This document shows positions 50,357 through 59,455 of a stretch of 64,000 nt of DNA, piece by piece. Each line of letters starts with the position of its first letter. Positions within the stretch are counted from its first letter, which is position 1. This stretch comes from Candidatus Marinacidobacterium sp. (GTDB lineage: Bacteria; Acidobacteriota; Vicinamibacteria; Marinacidobacterales; Marinacidobacteraceae). The notes under the pieces were generated by a model. The model was not told where the DNA came from, did no database searches, and was given only the letters and a program-made list of their open reading frames with translations. A program made the position numbers and the translations under genes. The stretch covers positions 576,001-640,000 of the forward strand of contig OZ244852.1 of NCBI GenBank assembly GCA_965220965.1, in the 5' to 3' direction.

Positions 50357-52550
50357 CCGGCGCCCCGATCCGCGTCGCTTCGGCGGTTTCGGCCGCCCGC
50401 CGCATCGTCTCCGCGGTGTTGCGCTCCCCGGTCCAGGCCTCGAACGCGGCCTCGGCCTGGAAGACCAGCATGGAGAGCCCGCCGACCGTCTTCTTCCCCA
50501 GTTCCTCCGCGCGCCGGAGGAGTCTGGTCCGCCGCGGCTGGTAGACGAGGTCGAAGATCAAGGCGTGCCCGGCGATGGCGGCGTCGGGCGCAGCCTGGGT
50601 CTCCGCGCCGCCAGCGGCGGCGCCGCGCATGCCGATCGGCGTGGCGTTCACCAGCAGGTCCCCGCCAAGACGCGCCCGGTCCGACCACGGCGCGTGCTCC
50701 ACCCCGAATTCGCTCGCCAGGCGCGAAGCCTTCCGGTCGCTCCGGGAGGTCACCACCGGCGCGGCCCCTTCGTCGAGGAGCGCGTAGAGGACGGCGCGCG
50801 CCGCTCCCCCGGCGCCGAAGACGCTCGCCCGGCGCTTGCGCAGCCGCCCGTGCGGGATCGCCTCCCGCAGGGCGCGGATCACCCCCAGCCAGTCCGTGTT
50901 GCGCCCTTCGAGAGCCCCGTCCACGGACACGATCGTATTCGCCGCTCCGATGCTCCGCGCGTCGTCGCGCAGGCGGTCGAGCAGCGGCGGGACGGCGGAC
51001 TTGTGGGGGATCGTGACATTCAGCCCGGCGGCGCCCATCAGCCGCGCCGCCATCAGGAAGGCCTCCAGTTCGGACGGCGGAACATCGAACGCCTGGTAGC
51101 AGGCTTCGATTCCGGTGCTCCGGAAAGCCGCCTCGTGCATCGGGGGGCTCAGGCTGTGTCCGACCGGATGGCCGATCACCCCGTGGACCGGGACGGGCGC
51201 CAGGAGCTTGCGGCCCCACCGGAGATGACGGCTTCGCACCTCCTCCGCATCCAGTTGGCCGGGGGCCACCGCGGCGCCTCCGGGGGGCGGCGCGAACGAG
51301 CCGAACGCGCTTCCGAGCGCGCCGCCCACCACGCGAAGCGCCTGACCGGCTTCCCCGAGCGCGACGCCCACGACGGGCGCGCGGCGGGAGGCCTGGCGCA
51401 CCCAGCGGGCGACCCTTCCGACCTCCGGCGCCGTTCGCGCGCGCATGGCGAGCTTCCGCACCGCCGGACCCGCGCCTCCGTCCATGGCGTCCATCGCTCC
51501 GGCGACCGCGTCCGGGTCCGCCGGGCAGCCGTCGATGTCGTGGAAGGATCCGAGAAGGCGGACGCCGGGCGCCGCCTCCCGAAGCAGCCGCGAGAGCGCC
51601 CCGCCGCGCTGGCGGTCGGCGGCGGCCTCGAGGTCCACCGTTCCCGCGCCGCAGCGGGCCGCGGTGAGGAGCAGTTGGGCGAGTTCCTCGCTGCCCCCCT
51701 GGAACGCTCCACCCTCCGCCGCGCTCCTCACGGTGACGATGAGCCGCGCGCGCCGCTCGCGCGGAAGCTCCCGGAGGACCGCCGCGAGGCGCTCCGGGCC
51801 CCCCGGGCGGAACAGATCCCAGCGCAGCTCGATCTGGTCGAGCGGTCCCGCTCCCCGGAACGCGGCCTCGATGGCGGCCCCGGGGCTTTCCTCCGGCCCG
51901 CCTCCGGCGATGACGGCGAGGCGCGGTCCGAAGTGAGCGGCCAGCAGCCGGTCGGCGGCCTCCCCCGGGCGGGTCTGGTCGAGGGCCTCGACGCTCCAGA
52001 GGTCGGCCTCGGCGGCCTCGCGGTAGCGCGGTGTGCGGCGCTCGAGCACGGCGGCGGCCTCGGCCTCCGGGTCCCCGGATCCCGGCAGCAGCGGAGGCCG
52101 GCGCGCGCGGTGTTTCGGCCGGGCGAGGCGCGCCTCCAGATACGCGAGGGGCGCCCGCACCCAGTAGACGGTCCCGAGCCCGCGCAGCAGCGGGAAGTTC
52201 GCCGCCCGCTCCACGATCCCTCCGCCGCAATCCACGACGAGGCCGGCGCCGCGGATCGACGCCAGCGCCGCGGTTTCCTCGTCCCGGAAGCGCTCCCAGC
52301 CGTGGCGCGCCACGAACTCGTGGATCGGGCCGAGCCGCGCCGTCAGCCCGTCGTCGGTGCTGATGCGCCGCCAGCCAATCCGGGCGGCGACGCGGCGCGC
52401 GGCCCGGCTCTTTCCCGAGGCCCGGGCGCCGATCAGCACGATGTTCGGGAAGCTCTCCGCCCGGAAGTCCCCGGTGGGGAAGTCCACCGACGGGAGATCC
52501 GGCGTCCGCGGCGGCTCGTTGCCGGCGCCGGGGCCGGGAGGGGTTGTCAC
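50346..52550 (-). CDS. Trifunctional fusion: shikimate kinase + type I 3-dehydroquinate dehydratase + shikimate dehydrogenase
   Basis: Kinase: [27 protein letters not shown]. Dehydratase: [27 protein letters not shown]. Dehydrogenase: [39 protein letters not shown]. One uninterrupted frame. Confidence 0.93.
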   Translation of the reverse strand: MTTPPGPGAGNEPPRTPDLPSVDFPTGDFRAESFPNIVLIGARASGKSRAARRVAARIGWRRISTDDGLTARLGPIHEFVARHGWERFRDEETAALASIRGAGLVVDCGGGIVERAANFPLLRGLGTVYWVRAPLAYLEARLARPKHRARRPPLLPGSGDPEAEAAAVLERRTPRYREAAEADLWSVEALDQTRPGEAADRLLAAHFGPRLAVIAGGGPEESPGAAIEAAFRGAGPLDQIELRWDLFRPGGPERLAAVLRELPRERRARLIVTVRSAAEGGAFQGGSEELAQLLLTAARCGAGTVDLEAAADRQRGGALSRLLREAAPGVRLLGSFHDIDGCPADPDAVAGAMDAMDGGAGPAVRKLAMRARTAPEVGRVARWVRQASRRAPVVGVALGEAGQALRVVGGALGSAFGSFAPPPGGAAVAPGQLDAEEVRSRHLRWGRKLLAPVPVHGVIGHPVGHSLSPPMHEAAFRSTGIEACYQAFDVPPSELEAFLMAARLMGAAGLNVTIPHKSAVPPLLDRLRDDARSIGAANTIVSVDGALEGRNTDWLGVIRALREAIPHGRLRKRRASVFGAGGAARAVLYALLDEGAAPVVTSRSDRKASRLASEFGVEHAPWSDRARLGGDLLVNATPIGMRGAAAGGAETQAAPDAAIAGHALIFDLVYQPRRTRLLRRAEELGKKTVGGLSMLVFQAEAAFEAWTGERNTAETMRRAAETAEATRIGAPDGG

Positions 52551-53875
52551 GCCTGGTCGTCCTCGTTCACCAGGGCGCCGAGGCCGGCGAGCGCCTTCCA
52601 GAAACCCGGGAAGGACTTCGCCACCACTTCCGGGGAGGAGACGCGCACTCCGCCCGGGATCCGCAGCCCGGTGAGAGCCAGCCCCATGGCGATGCGGTGA
52701 TCTCCCTCCGGGTCGACGGTGGCGGGCCGCAGCCTCGCGGGCCAGATCGTGAGGCTGTCGGCCGCGGTCTCGACCCGCGCGCCGAGGCGCCGGAGTCCGG
52801 CGGCGATCGCCTCGATCCGGTCGCTCTCCTTGTGCCGGAGATGCGCCACTCCGGTGATCCGCGTCGGCGCATCGGCGAACGGCGCCAGCGCGGCGAGCGT
52901 CGGGACCGCATCGGGCAGACGCCCCATGTCGACCTCGATCCCGGCGAGCCGCGGGGCGCCGGTGACCCGGAGCCGCCATCCGGACGACGTCGCGTCCTCC
53001 TCCACGTCGCAGCCCATCCGGCGGAGGAGGGCGGGGAACTCGCGCTCGCCCTGGGGAGAGTCGGGGTCGAGGCCGCGGATCTCGACCCGGCCCGGGGCGC
53101 CGTCAGGACCGCGCCCGAGGGCGGCCGCCGCCAGAAAGTAGCTGGCGGTCGTCCAGTCTCCTGAGACGCGGTGGATCCCGGGCCGGTAGCGCTCGGCCGC
53201 CGCCACCCGGAAACGGCGCGGCCCGTCCACTTCGACCCGGACACCGCAGCGCTCCATGACCCGGACCGTCAGGTCGAGGTAGGACCGGGACACCGGGTCC
53301 CCCGCCAGCTCCACTTCGACCGTCCCCGACGCCCGGGGCGCCGCGAGGAGGATGGCCGAGGCGAACTGGCTCGTCTGGTCCGCGGGGATGCGCGCCACTC
53401 CCCCGCGAAGCGTTCCGGAGCGCACTGTCAGCGGGGCGCCGCCGTCCCGCGTGCGGATCCGGGCGCCGAGGCTCTCGAGCGCCGCGACCAGACCGCGGAT
53501 CGGGCGCTCCCCGATGCGGCCCCGCCCGCGCAGCGTGACCGGCCGGGGAATCGTCGCGGAGGCGGCGGTCAGGAAGCGGAACAGCGTTCCCGACTCTCCC
53601 ACGGTGACGGCGATCTCTTCGAGCGGGGCGGAAGCGTCACCCGCCGAGGGCGCGCCGGTCACGACCAGCGCATCCCCGTCCTCCCGGATGTTCGCCCCGA
53701 TAGCGCCGATTGCGGCGGCGGCGATCCGGATGTCGTCCCCGTCGGGCAGCCCGAGAAGCCGGGTCTCGCCCTCGGTCAGCGCCGCAGCGATCAGCAGGCG
53801 ATTCGCTTCGTACTTGCTGCCCGGAACCCGGGCCGCCGCCCGAACCGGCGCCGGCCCGGGCGCCACCCGGGTCAC
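52547..53875 (-). CDS. aroA: 3-phosphoshikimate 1-carboxyvinyltransferase (EPSP synthase)
   Basis: PGSK..NR, SGTLFRFL, RP, TSQFASA, D.TTASYF, PDAVPTLA, LRHKESDRI, DHRIAM, KSFPGFW. Confidence 0.95.
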   Translation of the reverse strand: MTRVAPGPAPVRAAARVPGSKYEANRLLIAAALTEGETRLLGLPDGDDIRIAAAAIGAIGANIREDGDALVVTGAPSAGDASAPLEEIAVTVGESGTLFRFLTAASATIPRPVTLRGRGRIGERPIRGLVAALESLGARIRTRDGGAPLTVRSGTLRGGVARIPADQTSQFASAILLAAPRASGTVEVELAGDPVSRSYLDLTVRVMERCGVRVEVDGPRRFRVAAAERYRPGIHRVSGDWTTASYFLAAAALGRGPDGAPGRVEIRGLDPDSPQGEREFPALLRRMGCDVEEDATSSGWRLRVTGAPRLAGIEVDMGRLPDAVPTLAALAPFADAPTRITGVAHLRHKESDRIEAIAAGLRRLGARVETAADSLTIWPARLRPATVDPEGDHRIAMGLALTGLRIPGGVRVSSPEVVAKSFPGFWKALAGLGALVNEDDQA

Positions 53876-55008
53876 AGCCCGATCCGGCGCAGCCCGGCGT
53901 CGACCGCGTCCCCGGACACCGGGAACGCGTAGCGGCGGGCGCCATCGGCCTCTTCGCTGTGCGCCCGACCCACGGCGGCGAGCAGGACGAACCGGGCTCT
54001 TCCGCCGCGCGCCTTCTTGTCGCTGCGGATGCCGTCGAGCACCGCCTCGCGCGTCACCCCGGCCGGCGCGCGCGAGGGGAGCCCCACCGCTTCGAGGAGC
54101 GCGACGACCCTGGCCTCGTCCGCCTCGGACAGCAGACCCTCGGCGCGGGCGATACGGCTCTCGGCGACGATGCCGGTGGCGACCGCGGCGCCGTGCGGCA
54201 GCCGGTACCCGGAGGCGAGCTCGAGGCCGTGCCCCACGGTGTGGCCGAAGTTGAGGACCTCGCGGAGCCCGGCCTCCTGTTCGTCGGTGCGGACGACGCC
54301 CGTCTTGATCCGGACGCTGGCGGCGACGAGCCGGGTCAGCGCGCCCGTCTCGCGGCGGAGCAGCGGGTCCAGGTCGGCCTCGAACCGGGCGAATGCCCCG
54401 GCGTCGCTGGTGGCGGCCATCTTGAACGCCTCGGCGAGCCCGTTCCGGTACTCGGCGTCAGGAAGCGTTCCGAAGAACCCGGTGTCGGCGAAGACCGCCA
54501 CCGGCTGCCGGAACGCGCCGATCAGGTTCTTCCCCCAGGGGGTGTTCACGCCGGTCTTTCCGCCGACCGAAGCGTCCACCGCCGCCAGCAGCGTCGTGGG
54601 AACGGCCACGAAGGGCGCCCCCCGCAGGTAGGTCGCGGCCACGAACGCCGCCAGGTCGCTGACCACGCCCCCGCCGAAGCTCACGATGACGGTGTCGCGT
54701 CCCAGGTGGCGCGCGAGCAGTTCGTCCTCGATCCGTTCCTTCCGCCGCCGGGTCTTGTGCTCTTCTCCCGAGGGGACTTCCACCACGGTCGATCCGGACG
54801 GCAGGGCGGCCTCCAGCCGGTCGCGGTGGAGGGCGAGCGCTCCCGCGTCCGCGATCGCCGCGACCCGCCAGCCGGGGAACCGGTCCCGCAGCAGGTCGGG
54901 CAACCCGAGGATCGCGCCGGCGCCGGCGACCACCTCGCAGAAAGCGTCCCTCCGCGGGACGCGGACCTCGACGCGGGAGAGGCCGGAGGTCGCGCTTCCC
55001 CTGCTCAC
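53872..55008 (-). CDS. aroB: 3-dehydroquinate synthase
   Basis: GEEHKT, GGGVVSDLAAFVAATYLRG, VPTTLLAAVDASVGGKTGVN, GKNLIGAF, GLAE, LNFGHTVGH, HGAAVA, DKK. Confidence 0.96.
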   Translation of the reverse strand: MSRGSATSGLSRVEVRVPRRDAFCEVVAGAGAILGLPDLLRDRFPGWRVAAIADAGALALHRDRLEAALPSGSTVVEVPSGEEHKTRRRKERIEDELLARHLGRDTVIVSFGGGVVSDLAAFVAATYLRGAPFVAVPTTLLAAVDASVGGKTGVNTPWGKNLIGAFRQPVAVFADTGFFGTLPDAEYRNGLAEAFKMAATSDAGAFARFEADLDPLLRRETGALTRLVAASVRIKTGVVRTDEQEAGLREVLNFGHTVGHGLELASGYRLPHGAAVATGIVAESRIARAEGLLSEADEARVVALLEAVGLPSRAPAGVTREAVLDGIRSDKKARGGRARFVLLAAVGRAHSEEADGARRYAFPVSGDAVDAGLRRIGL

Positions 55009-56114
55009 CCGAGCGGCAGGCGCTCTCCCGCTCCGGTGTCGGGCGGGCCTCCCACCGGGAGCCCGGGAGCTGTCGGCAGGTTCCGCTTGAGCGCCTTCGC
55101 CACCGCCCGCAGGTCTCCCATCAGGTCCGCGAACTGGTCGGGGTAGAGCGACTGGGCGCCGTCGCTGAGCGCTTCCGCCGGGTTCGGGTGGACCTCGATG
55201 ATGAGTCCGTCGGCGCCGGCGGCGACCGCCGCCAGCGAGAGCGCCGGCACCAGGCTCTTGTTCCCGGCGGCGTGGCTCGGATCGGCGATCACCGGAAGGT
55301 GCGTCTCCTGCTTCAGCACTCCGATCGCGCCGACATCGAGCGTATTGCGGTACGCGGTCTCGAACGAGCGGATGCCCCGCTCGCACAGGATGACGCGCTC
55401 GTTCCCCTGCAGGATGTACTCGGCGGCGAGCAGGAACTCGCGGATCGTGTTCGCCGCCCCGCGCTTCAGGATGACGGGAACATCGACCAGCGCCATTTCC
55501 CGGAGCAGGTCGAAGTTCTGCATGTTGCGCGCGCCGATCCGGACGACGTCCACCAGCTCGGCGGCGATCTCGACGTCACGCACATCCATGACCTCGGTCT
55601 CGACGAGCACGCCGGTCGCCTCCCGGATCCGCTTCAGCATCCGGAGCCCGTCCCGCCCGAGACCCTGGAACGAATACGGCGACGTGCGCGGCTTGAACGC
55701 CGAAGCGCGCATGACCTCGAGGCCGAGCGAGCGAACCATCCGCGCCGACGCGAGCCCCTGCTCCTCGTTCTCGAGCGCGCAGGGTCCGGCGATGACCAGC
55801 AGGTCCCGCGATCCGAGGGTCTGGGTTCCGATTTCGATCCGGGTGTTCGAGCGATGGTGCGTCTTGTTCGCGAGCCGGTACGGCTTGGGCAGCCCGTAGA
55901 CCGCCTTCACGGCGGGCTGGGTCCGCCAGTCCGCCTCGATCTCCCCGGAGAGGTCTCCCAGCACGTGGATCTGGGTGCGCACCGCTGCGTGGTGCACCGC
56001 GTAGTCGAGGGCCTTCGCCTCGATCTGGCGGCCGAGGTGCTCGATGTCCTCGGCGGTGGCGCCCTGGTGCAGGATGAGCACCATGGTGGCGGGCTCGGTG
56101 GAACGTGGGCTCAT
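55005..56114 (-). CDS. aroF: DAHP synthase, type I-beta, with N-terminal regulatory (ACT/ferredoxin-like) domain
   Basis: IAGPC, FKPRTSPYSFQGLG, IGARNMQNF, ILKRG, LCERGIR, DPSH, IEVHP..ALSDG.QSL. Confidence 0.94.
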   Translation of the reverse strand: MSPRSTEPATMVLILHQGATAEDIEHLGRQIEAKALDYAVHHAAVRTQIHVLGDLSGEIEADWRTQPAVKAVYGLPKPYRLANKTHHRSNTRIEIGTQTLGSRDLLVIAGPCALENEEQGLASARMVRSLGLEVMRASAFKPRTSPYSFQGLGRDGLRMLKRIREATGVLVETEVMDVRDVEIAAELVDVVRIGARNMQNFDLLREMALVDVPVILKRGAANTIREFLLAAEYILQGNERVILCERGIRSFETAYRNTLDVGAIGVLKQETHLPVIADPSHAAGNKSLVPALSLAAVAAGADGLIIEVHPNPAEALSDGAQSLYPDQFADLMGDLRAVAKALKRNLPTAPGLPVGGPPDTGAGERLPLG

Positions 56115-56148
56115 GAGACGGGCCGGACCTTCGTCCGGACGCGGCCGA

Positions 56149-56718
56149 TCAGGCGGTCAGGTCGAGGAAGTTCTCCATCAGCCGACGGCCGGCGGGCGTC
56201 AGGATGGACTCGGGGTGGAACTGTACGCCCCACATCGGGGCCGCGCGATGGCGAACCGCCATGACCTCGTCGTCGTCTTCGGCTCGGGCGGTGACTTCGA
56301 ACTCCGGCGGGAGGGGTTCGTTCGCCGCGAGCGAGTGATAGCGCGCCGCGGGAAACGGGTTTTCCACCCCGGCGAAGAGCCCCTTCGCGTCGTGGCGCAC
56401 CAGCGACGTCTTCCCGTGGACGAGGCGCCGGGCCCGTCCGATCGTTCCGGCGAACGCCTGGACGAGCGACTGGTGGCCGAGGCAGACCCCGAGGACGGGA
56501 ACTTCGCCAGCGAATCGGCGCGCGAGTTCCACCGAGATGCCCGCCTTGTCCGGGGTGCAGGGGCCGGGCGAGATCACGACGCGCGCGGGCCGGAGGGCGG
56601 CGGCCTCCTCCACGGTGAGCCGGTCGTTCCGCACGACTTCCGGCTCGGCGCCCAGTTCTCCGAGGAGCTGCACGAGATTCCAGGTGAACGAGTCGTAGTT
56701 GTCGAGGACGAGGGTCAC
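56149..56718 (-). CDS. trpG: Anthranilate/aminodeoxychorismate synthase component II (glutamine amidotransferase)
   Basis: LDNYDSFTWNL, ISPGP, GVCLGHQ, HGKTS, RYHSL, GVQFHPES. Confidence 0.92.
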   Translation of the reverse strand: MTLVLDNYDSFTWNLVQLLGELGAEPEVVRNDRLTVEEAAALRPARVVISPGPCTPDKAGISVELARRFAGEVPVLGVCLGHQSLVQAFAGTIGRARRLVHGKTSLVRHDAKGLFAGVENPFPAARYHSLAANEPLPPEFEVTARAEDDDEVMAVRHRAAPMWGVQFHPESILTPAGRRLMENFLDLTA

Positions 56719-56730
56719 GACGGTTCCGGC

Positions 56731-58236
56731 TCAGGTGAGTCCCTCGTGGGCCATGCGCAGCGCGGTGAGCACCGCGTCGGCCTTCTGGCGGGTCTCTTCG
56801 AATTCGGCTTCCGGGTCCGAGTCGGCGACGACCCCGCCCCCGGCCTGGAAGTAGGCCATCCCGCCGGTGGCGACCAGCGTCCGGATGGCGATCGCGGTGT
56901 CCGAGGCGCCGCTCCATGAGAAGTAGCCGACCGCGCCTCCGTACACCCCGCGCCGCTCCGTCTCGAGCTCGTCAATGATCTCCATCGCGCGGATCTTGGG
57001 CGCCCCGGTGAGCGTCCCGGCAGGGAACGTAGCGCGCAGCGCGTCGAAGGCGTCGAGCCCCGGACGCAGCCGCCCCCGCACCCGGGATACGAGATGCATG
57101 ACGTGGGAGTAGCGCTCGATCTCGGAGAACGCCTCGACTCTCACATCCCCGAAGCCGGCGATGCGGCCGATGTCGTTGCGGGCGAGGTCCACCAGCATCA
57201 CGTGCTCGGCGCGTTCCTTCTCGTCGGCCAGCAGGTCGCGCTCGAGCGCCTCGTCCCGGACCGGGTCGTCGTGGCGGGGCCGGGTCCCGGCGATCGGGCG
57301 GGTCTCGACGACCCCGTCCTGGGTCCGGGTCATCATCTCCGGTGAAGCGCCCGCGACGACCAGGTCCCCGAAGTCCAGGTAGTACATGTAGGGGGAGGGG
57401 TTGACGACCCGCAGCGCCCGGTAGAAGTCGAAGGGCTCGACGGTGAGCGGCGTCCGGAAGCGCCGCGAGGGGACGACCTGGATGATGTCGCCGGCGGCGA
57501 CGTAGTCCTTGGCCCGGCGCACGCGGTCGAGGTACGCCTCGCGGCTCAGGTCCGATGTGGGCTCAGGGAATGGCGGTATCCGCCGCGGGACCGCGCGCGC
57601 GGTCTCCGGGAGCGCGGCCCAGAGTCTCCTCACTTCGGCCTCGAGCTCGGCCGCCGCGCGGTCGTAGGCAACGTCGGGGTCCTCGCCGGGCCGAAGGATG
57701 GTGTTCGACACGACCTGGATGACGCTGCGGGCGTGATCGAAGACGACGACCGCCCCGCTGAGGAGGAACGCGGCGTCCGGCAGCCCGAGCGAATCCTCCA
57801 CCGTGTCCGGGAGCCTCTCGAAGCGCCGGACGGCGTCGTAGCCGAGGTATCCGACGAGTCCCCCGTGAAACGGCGGGAGCCCCTCCGGCTCGGCGGGGCG
57901 CGATTCCGCCAGCACCTCCCGGAGGGCGTCCAACGGGTCGCGGCTGGTTGTCGTCCGGACCTGGCCGTCGGGGAGAGCGCGCCGGGTGATCTGCTCCCCG
58001 CGCACTTCGACGATCTCCCGGGGACGGGACCCGAGGAAGGAGTAGCGGGCCACCGTCTCCCCGCCCTCGACCGACTCCATGAGGAACGAGGGGCCGCCAT
58101 CGGCCAGCCGCAGGAAGCTGGACACCGGGGTGTCGCAGTCCGCGACGATGCGTCGCCACACCGGGATCAGGTTCCCCTGCTTCGCGAGCCGCCGGAAATC
58201 GGCCCTCGAAGGCGTCAGATCCCCGGTGCGCCGCAT
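56731..58236 (-). CDS. trpE: Anthranilate synthase component I
   Basis: DTP, FLMESVEGG...RYSF, GDIIQVV.S, NPSPYMYY, SPE, RPIAGTR, KERAEHVMLVDLARND, YSHVMH, PAGTLTGAPK, QAGGGVVADS. Confidence 0.92.
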   Translation of the reverse strand: MRRTGDLTPSRADFRRLAKQGNLIPVWRRIVADCDTPVSSFLRLADGGPSFLMESVEGGETVARYSFLGSRPREIVEVRGEQITRRALPDGQVRTTTSRDPLDALREVLAESRPAEPEGLPPFHGGLVGYLGYDAVRRFERLPDTVEDSLGLPDAAFLLSGAVVVFDHARSVIQVVSNTILRPGEDPDVAYDRAAAELEAEVRRLWAALPETARAVPRRIPPFPEPTSDLSREAYLDRVRRAKDYVAAGDIIQVVPSRRFRTPLTVEPFDFYRALRVVNPSPYMYYLDFGDLVVAGASPEMMTRTQDGVVETRPIAGTRPRHDDPVRDEALERDLLADEKERAEHVMLVDLARNDIGRIAGFGDVRVEAFSEIERYSHVMHLVSRVRGRLRPGLDAFDALRATFPAGTLTGAPKIRAMEIIDELETERRGVYGGAVGYFSWSGASDTAIAIRTLVATGGMAYFQAGGGVVADSDPEAEFEETRQKADAVLTALRMAHEGLT

Positions 58237-58244
58237 GGGCCGGG

Positions 58245-58299
58245 AGTCTAGGTTCGGGAGACCGGATCGTCACGGCCGCGCCATCCGGCTCACTAACAT
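58245..58299. promoter_or_regulatory. Divergent -10 elements for leaderless or near-leaderless trpE (minus TAGACT 58250-58245) and tyrA (plus TAACAT 58294-58299)
   Basis: Hexamers lie 8 nt and 6 nt upstream of their ATGs; no SD sequences. Confidence 0.6.
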
Positions 58300-58305
58300 T
58301 CCCGA

Positions 58306-59427
58306 ATGTCGCTGGAGGCGCTCCGGGACCGCGTCGCCCAGGCGGACCGGGACCTTCTCGACGCGTGGGCGCGTCGGGAGGAGGCGGTCCGGGCGCTCGG
58401 GCGGCTGAAGGCGGAACGCGGCCTTCCCATCCACGACCCGCAGCAGGAGGGACCGGTCTTCGAGCGGGCCCGCGTGCGCGCCGAGCGCCGGGGGCTTCCC
58501 CCGGACGCCGTGGAAGAGGTCATCGGGGTCATCATGCGGACCTCGTTGGCCCGCCAGGAGACGATCCGCGTGCGGTCGCGCCGGTCGGGCGCGGGCCGGA
58601 AGGCGCTGGTGATCGGCGGTGGGGGCCGGATGGGGCGGTGGTTTTGTCGTTTCCTTGCGGATCAGGCGTATTCGGTCACGGTCGCGGACCCGGGGGGCGC
58701 TCCTCCCGACACCCCGCAACTCCGCGACTGGCGGGATGCGCGCGGCGAATCCTGGGACGTCACGGTCGTGGCCGCGCCGATCCTGGTGTCCGCGGACATT
58801 CTCGCGGCGATGGCCGAGACTGGATGGCCGGGACTGGTGTTCGACATCGGGTCGGTCAAGGCTCCCCTCGCGCCGGCGCTGGGACGGCTCGCGAGCCGGG
58901 GAGTCCGGACCGCTTCGGTCCACCCGATGTTCGGACCGCACGCCATCCTTCTCCACGGGCGGCACATCCTCGTCATGGATGCGGGCAGCCCGGAGGCCGC
59001 CGATGAGGCGGAGGCCCTCTTCGGCGAAACGATGGCGGAGATCCTCCGGCTCCCGCTCGAACAGCACGATCCGCTCATCGCGTATGTCCTGGGCCTCTCC
59101 CACGCCCTGAACCTCGCCTTCCTCGAGGCGCTTCGCAACAGCGGCGAGCAGGCGCCGCAGCTCGCCCGGATCTCGAGCGTCACGTTCGACCGCCAGTTGC
59201 GGGTGTCCGCGGCCGTGGCCGCGGAGAATCCGCATCTCTATTACGAGATCCAGCGGCTCAACCCGGATGGCCAGCGGGCGCTCGCCGGCCTCGCCGAGGC
59301 GGTATCCCGTATCCGGGCCGCCGTCGGCGACGCCCGCGAGGGGGCGTTCGTTGGCCTGATGGAGAGCGGACGCGAGTGGGTGAGCTCCCGCCGCGCGCCG
59401 GGGTCCCGTCGCGTCGCCGAGTCCTGA
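58306..59427 (+). CDS. tyrA: Bifunctional chorismate mutase (AroQ) / prephenate dehydrogenase
   Basis: N-terminal LEALR...R...LK...PIHDP..E...S...QE; IGGGGRMG, DIGSVK, HPMFGP, HD..IAYVLGLSH, NPHLYYEIQ. Confidence 0.9.
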   Translation: MSLEALRDRVAQADRDLLDAWARREEAVRALGRLKAERGLPIHDPQQEGPVFERARVRAERRGLPPDAVEEVIGVIMRTSLARQETIRVRSRRSGAGRKALVIGGGGRMGRWFCRFLADQAYSVTVADPGGAPPDTPQLRDWRDARGESWDVTVVAAPILVSADILAAMAETGWPGLVFDIGSVKAPLAPALGRLASRGVRTASVHPMFGPHAILLHGRHILVMDAGSPEAADEAEALFGETMAEILRLPLEQHDPLIAYVLGLSHALNLAFLEALRNSGEQAPQLARISSVTFDRQLRVSAAVAAENPHLYYEIQRLNPDGQRALAGLAEAVSRIRAAVGDAREGAFVGLMESGREWVSSRRAPGSRRVAES

Positions 59428-59455
59428 AGAGGCGGCGGCCCGCCGCGCCGGGCTG

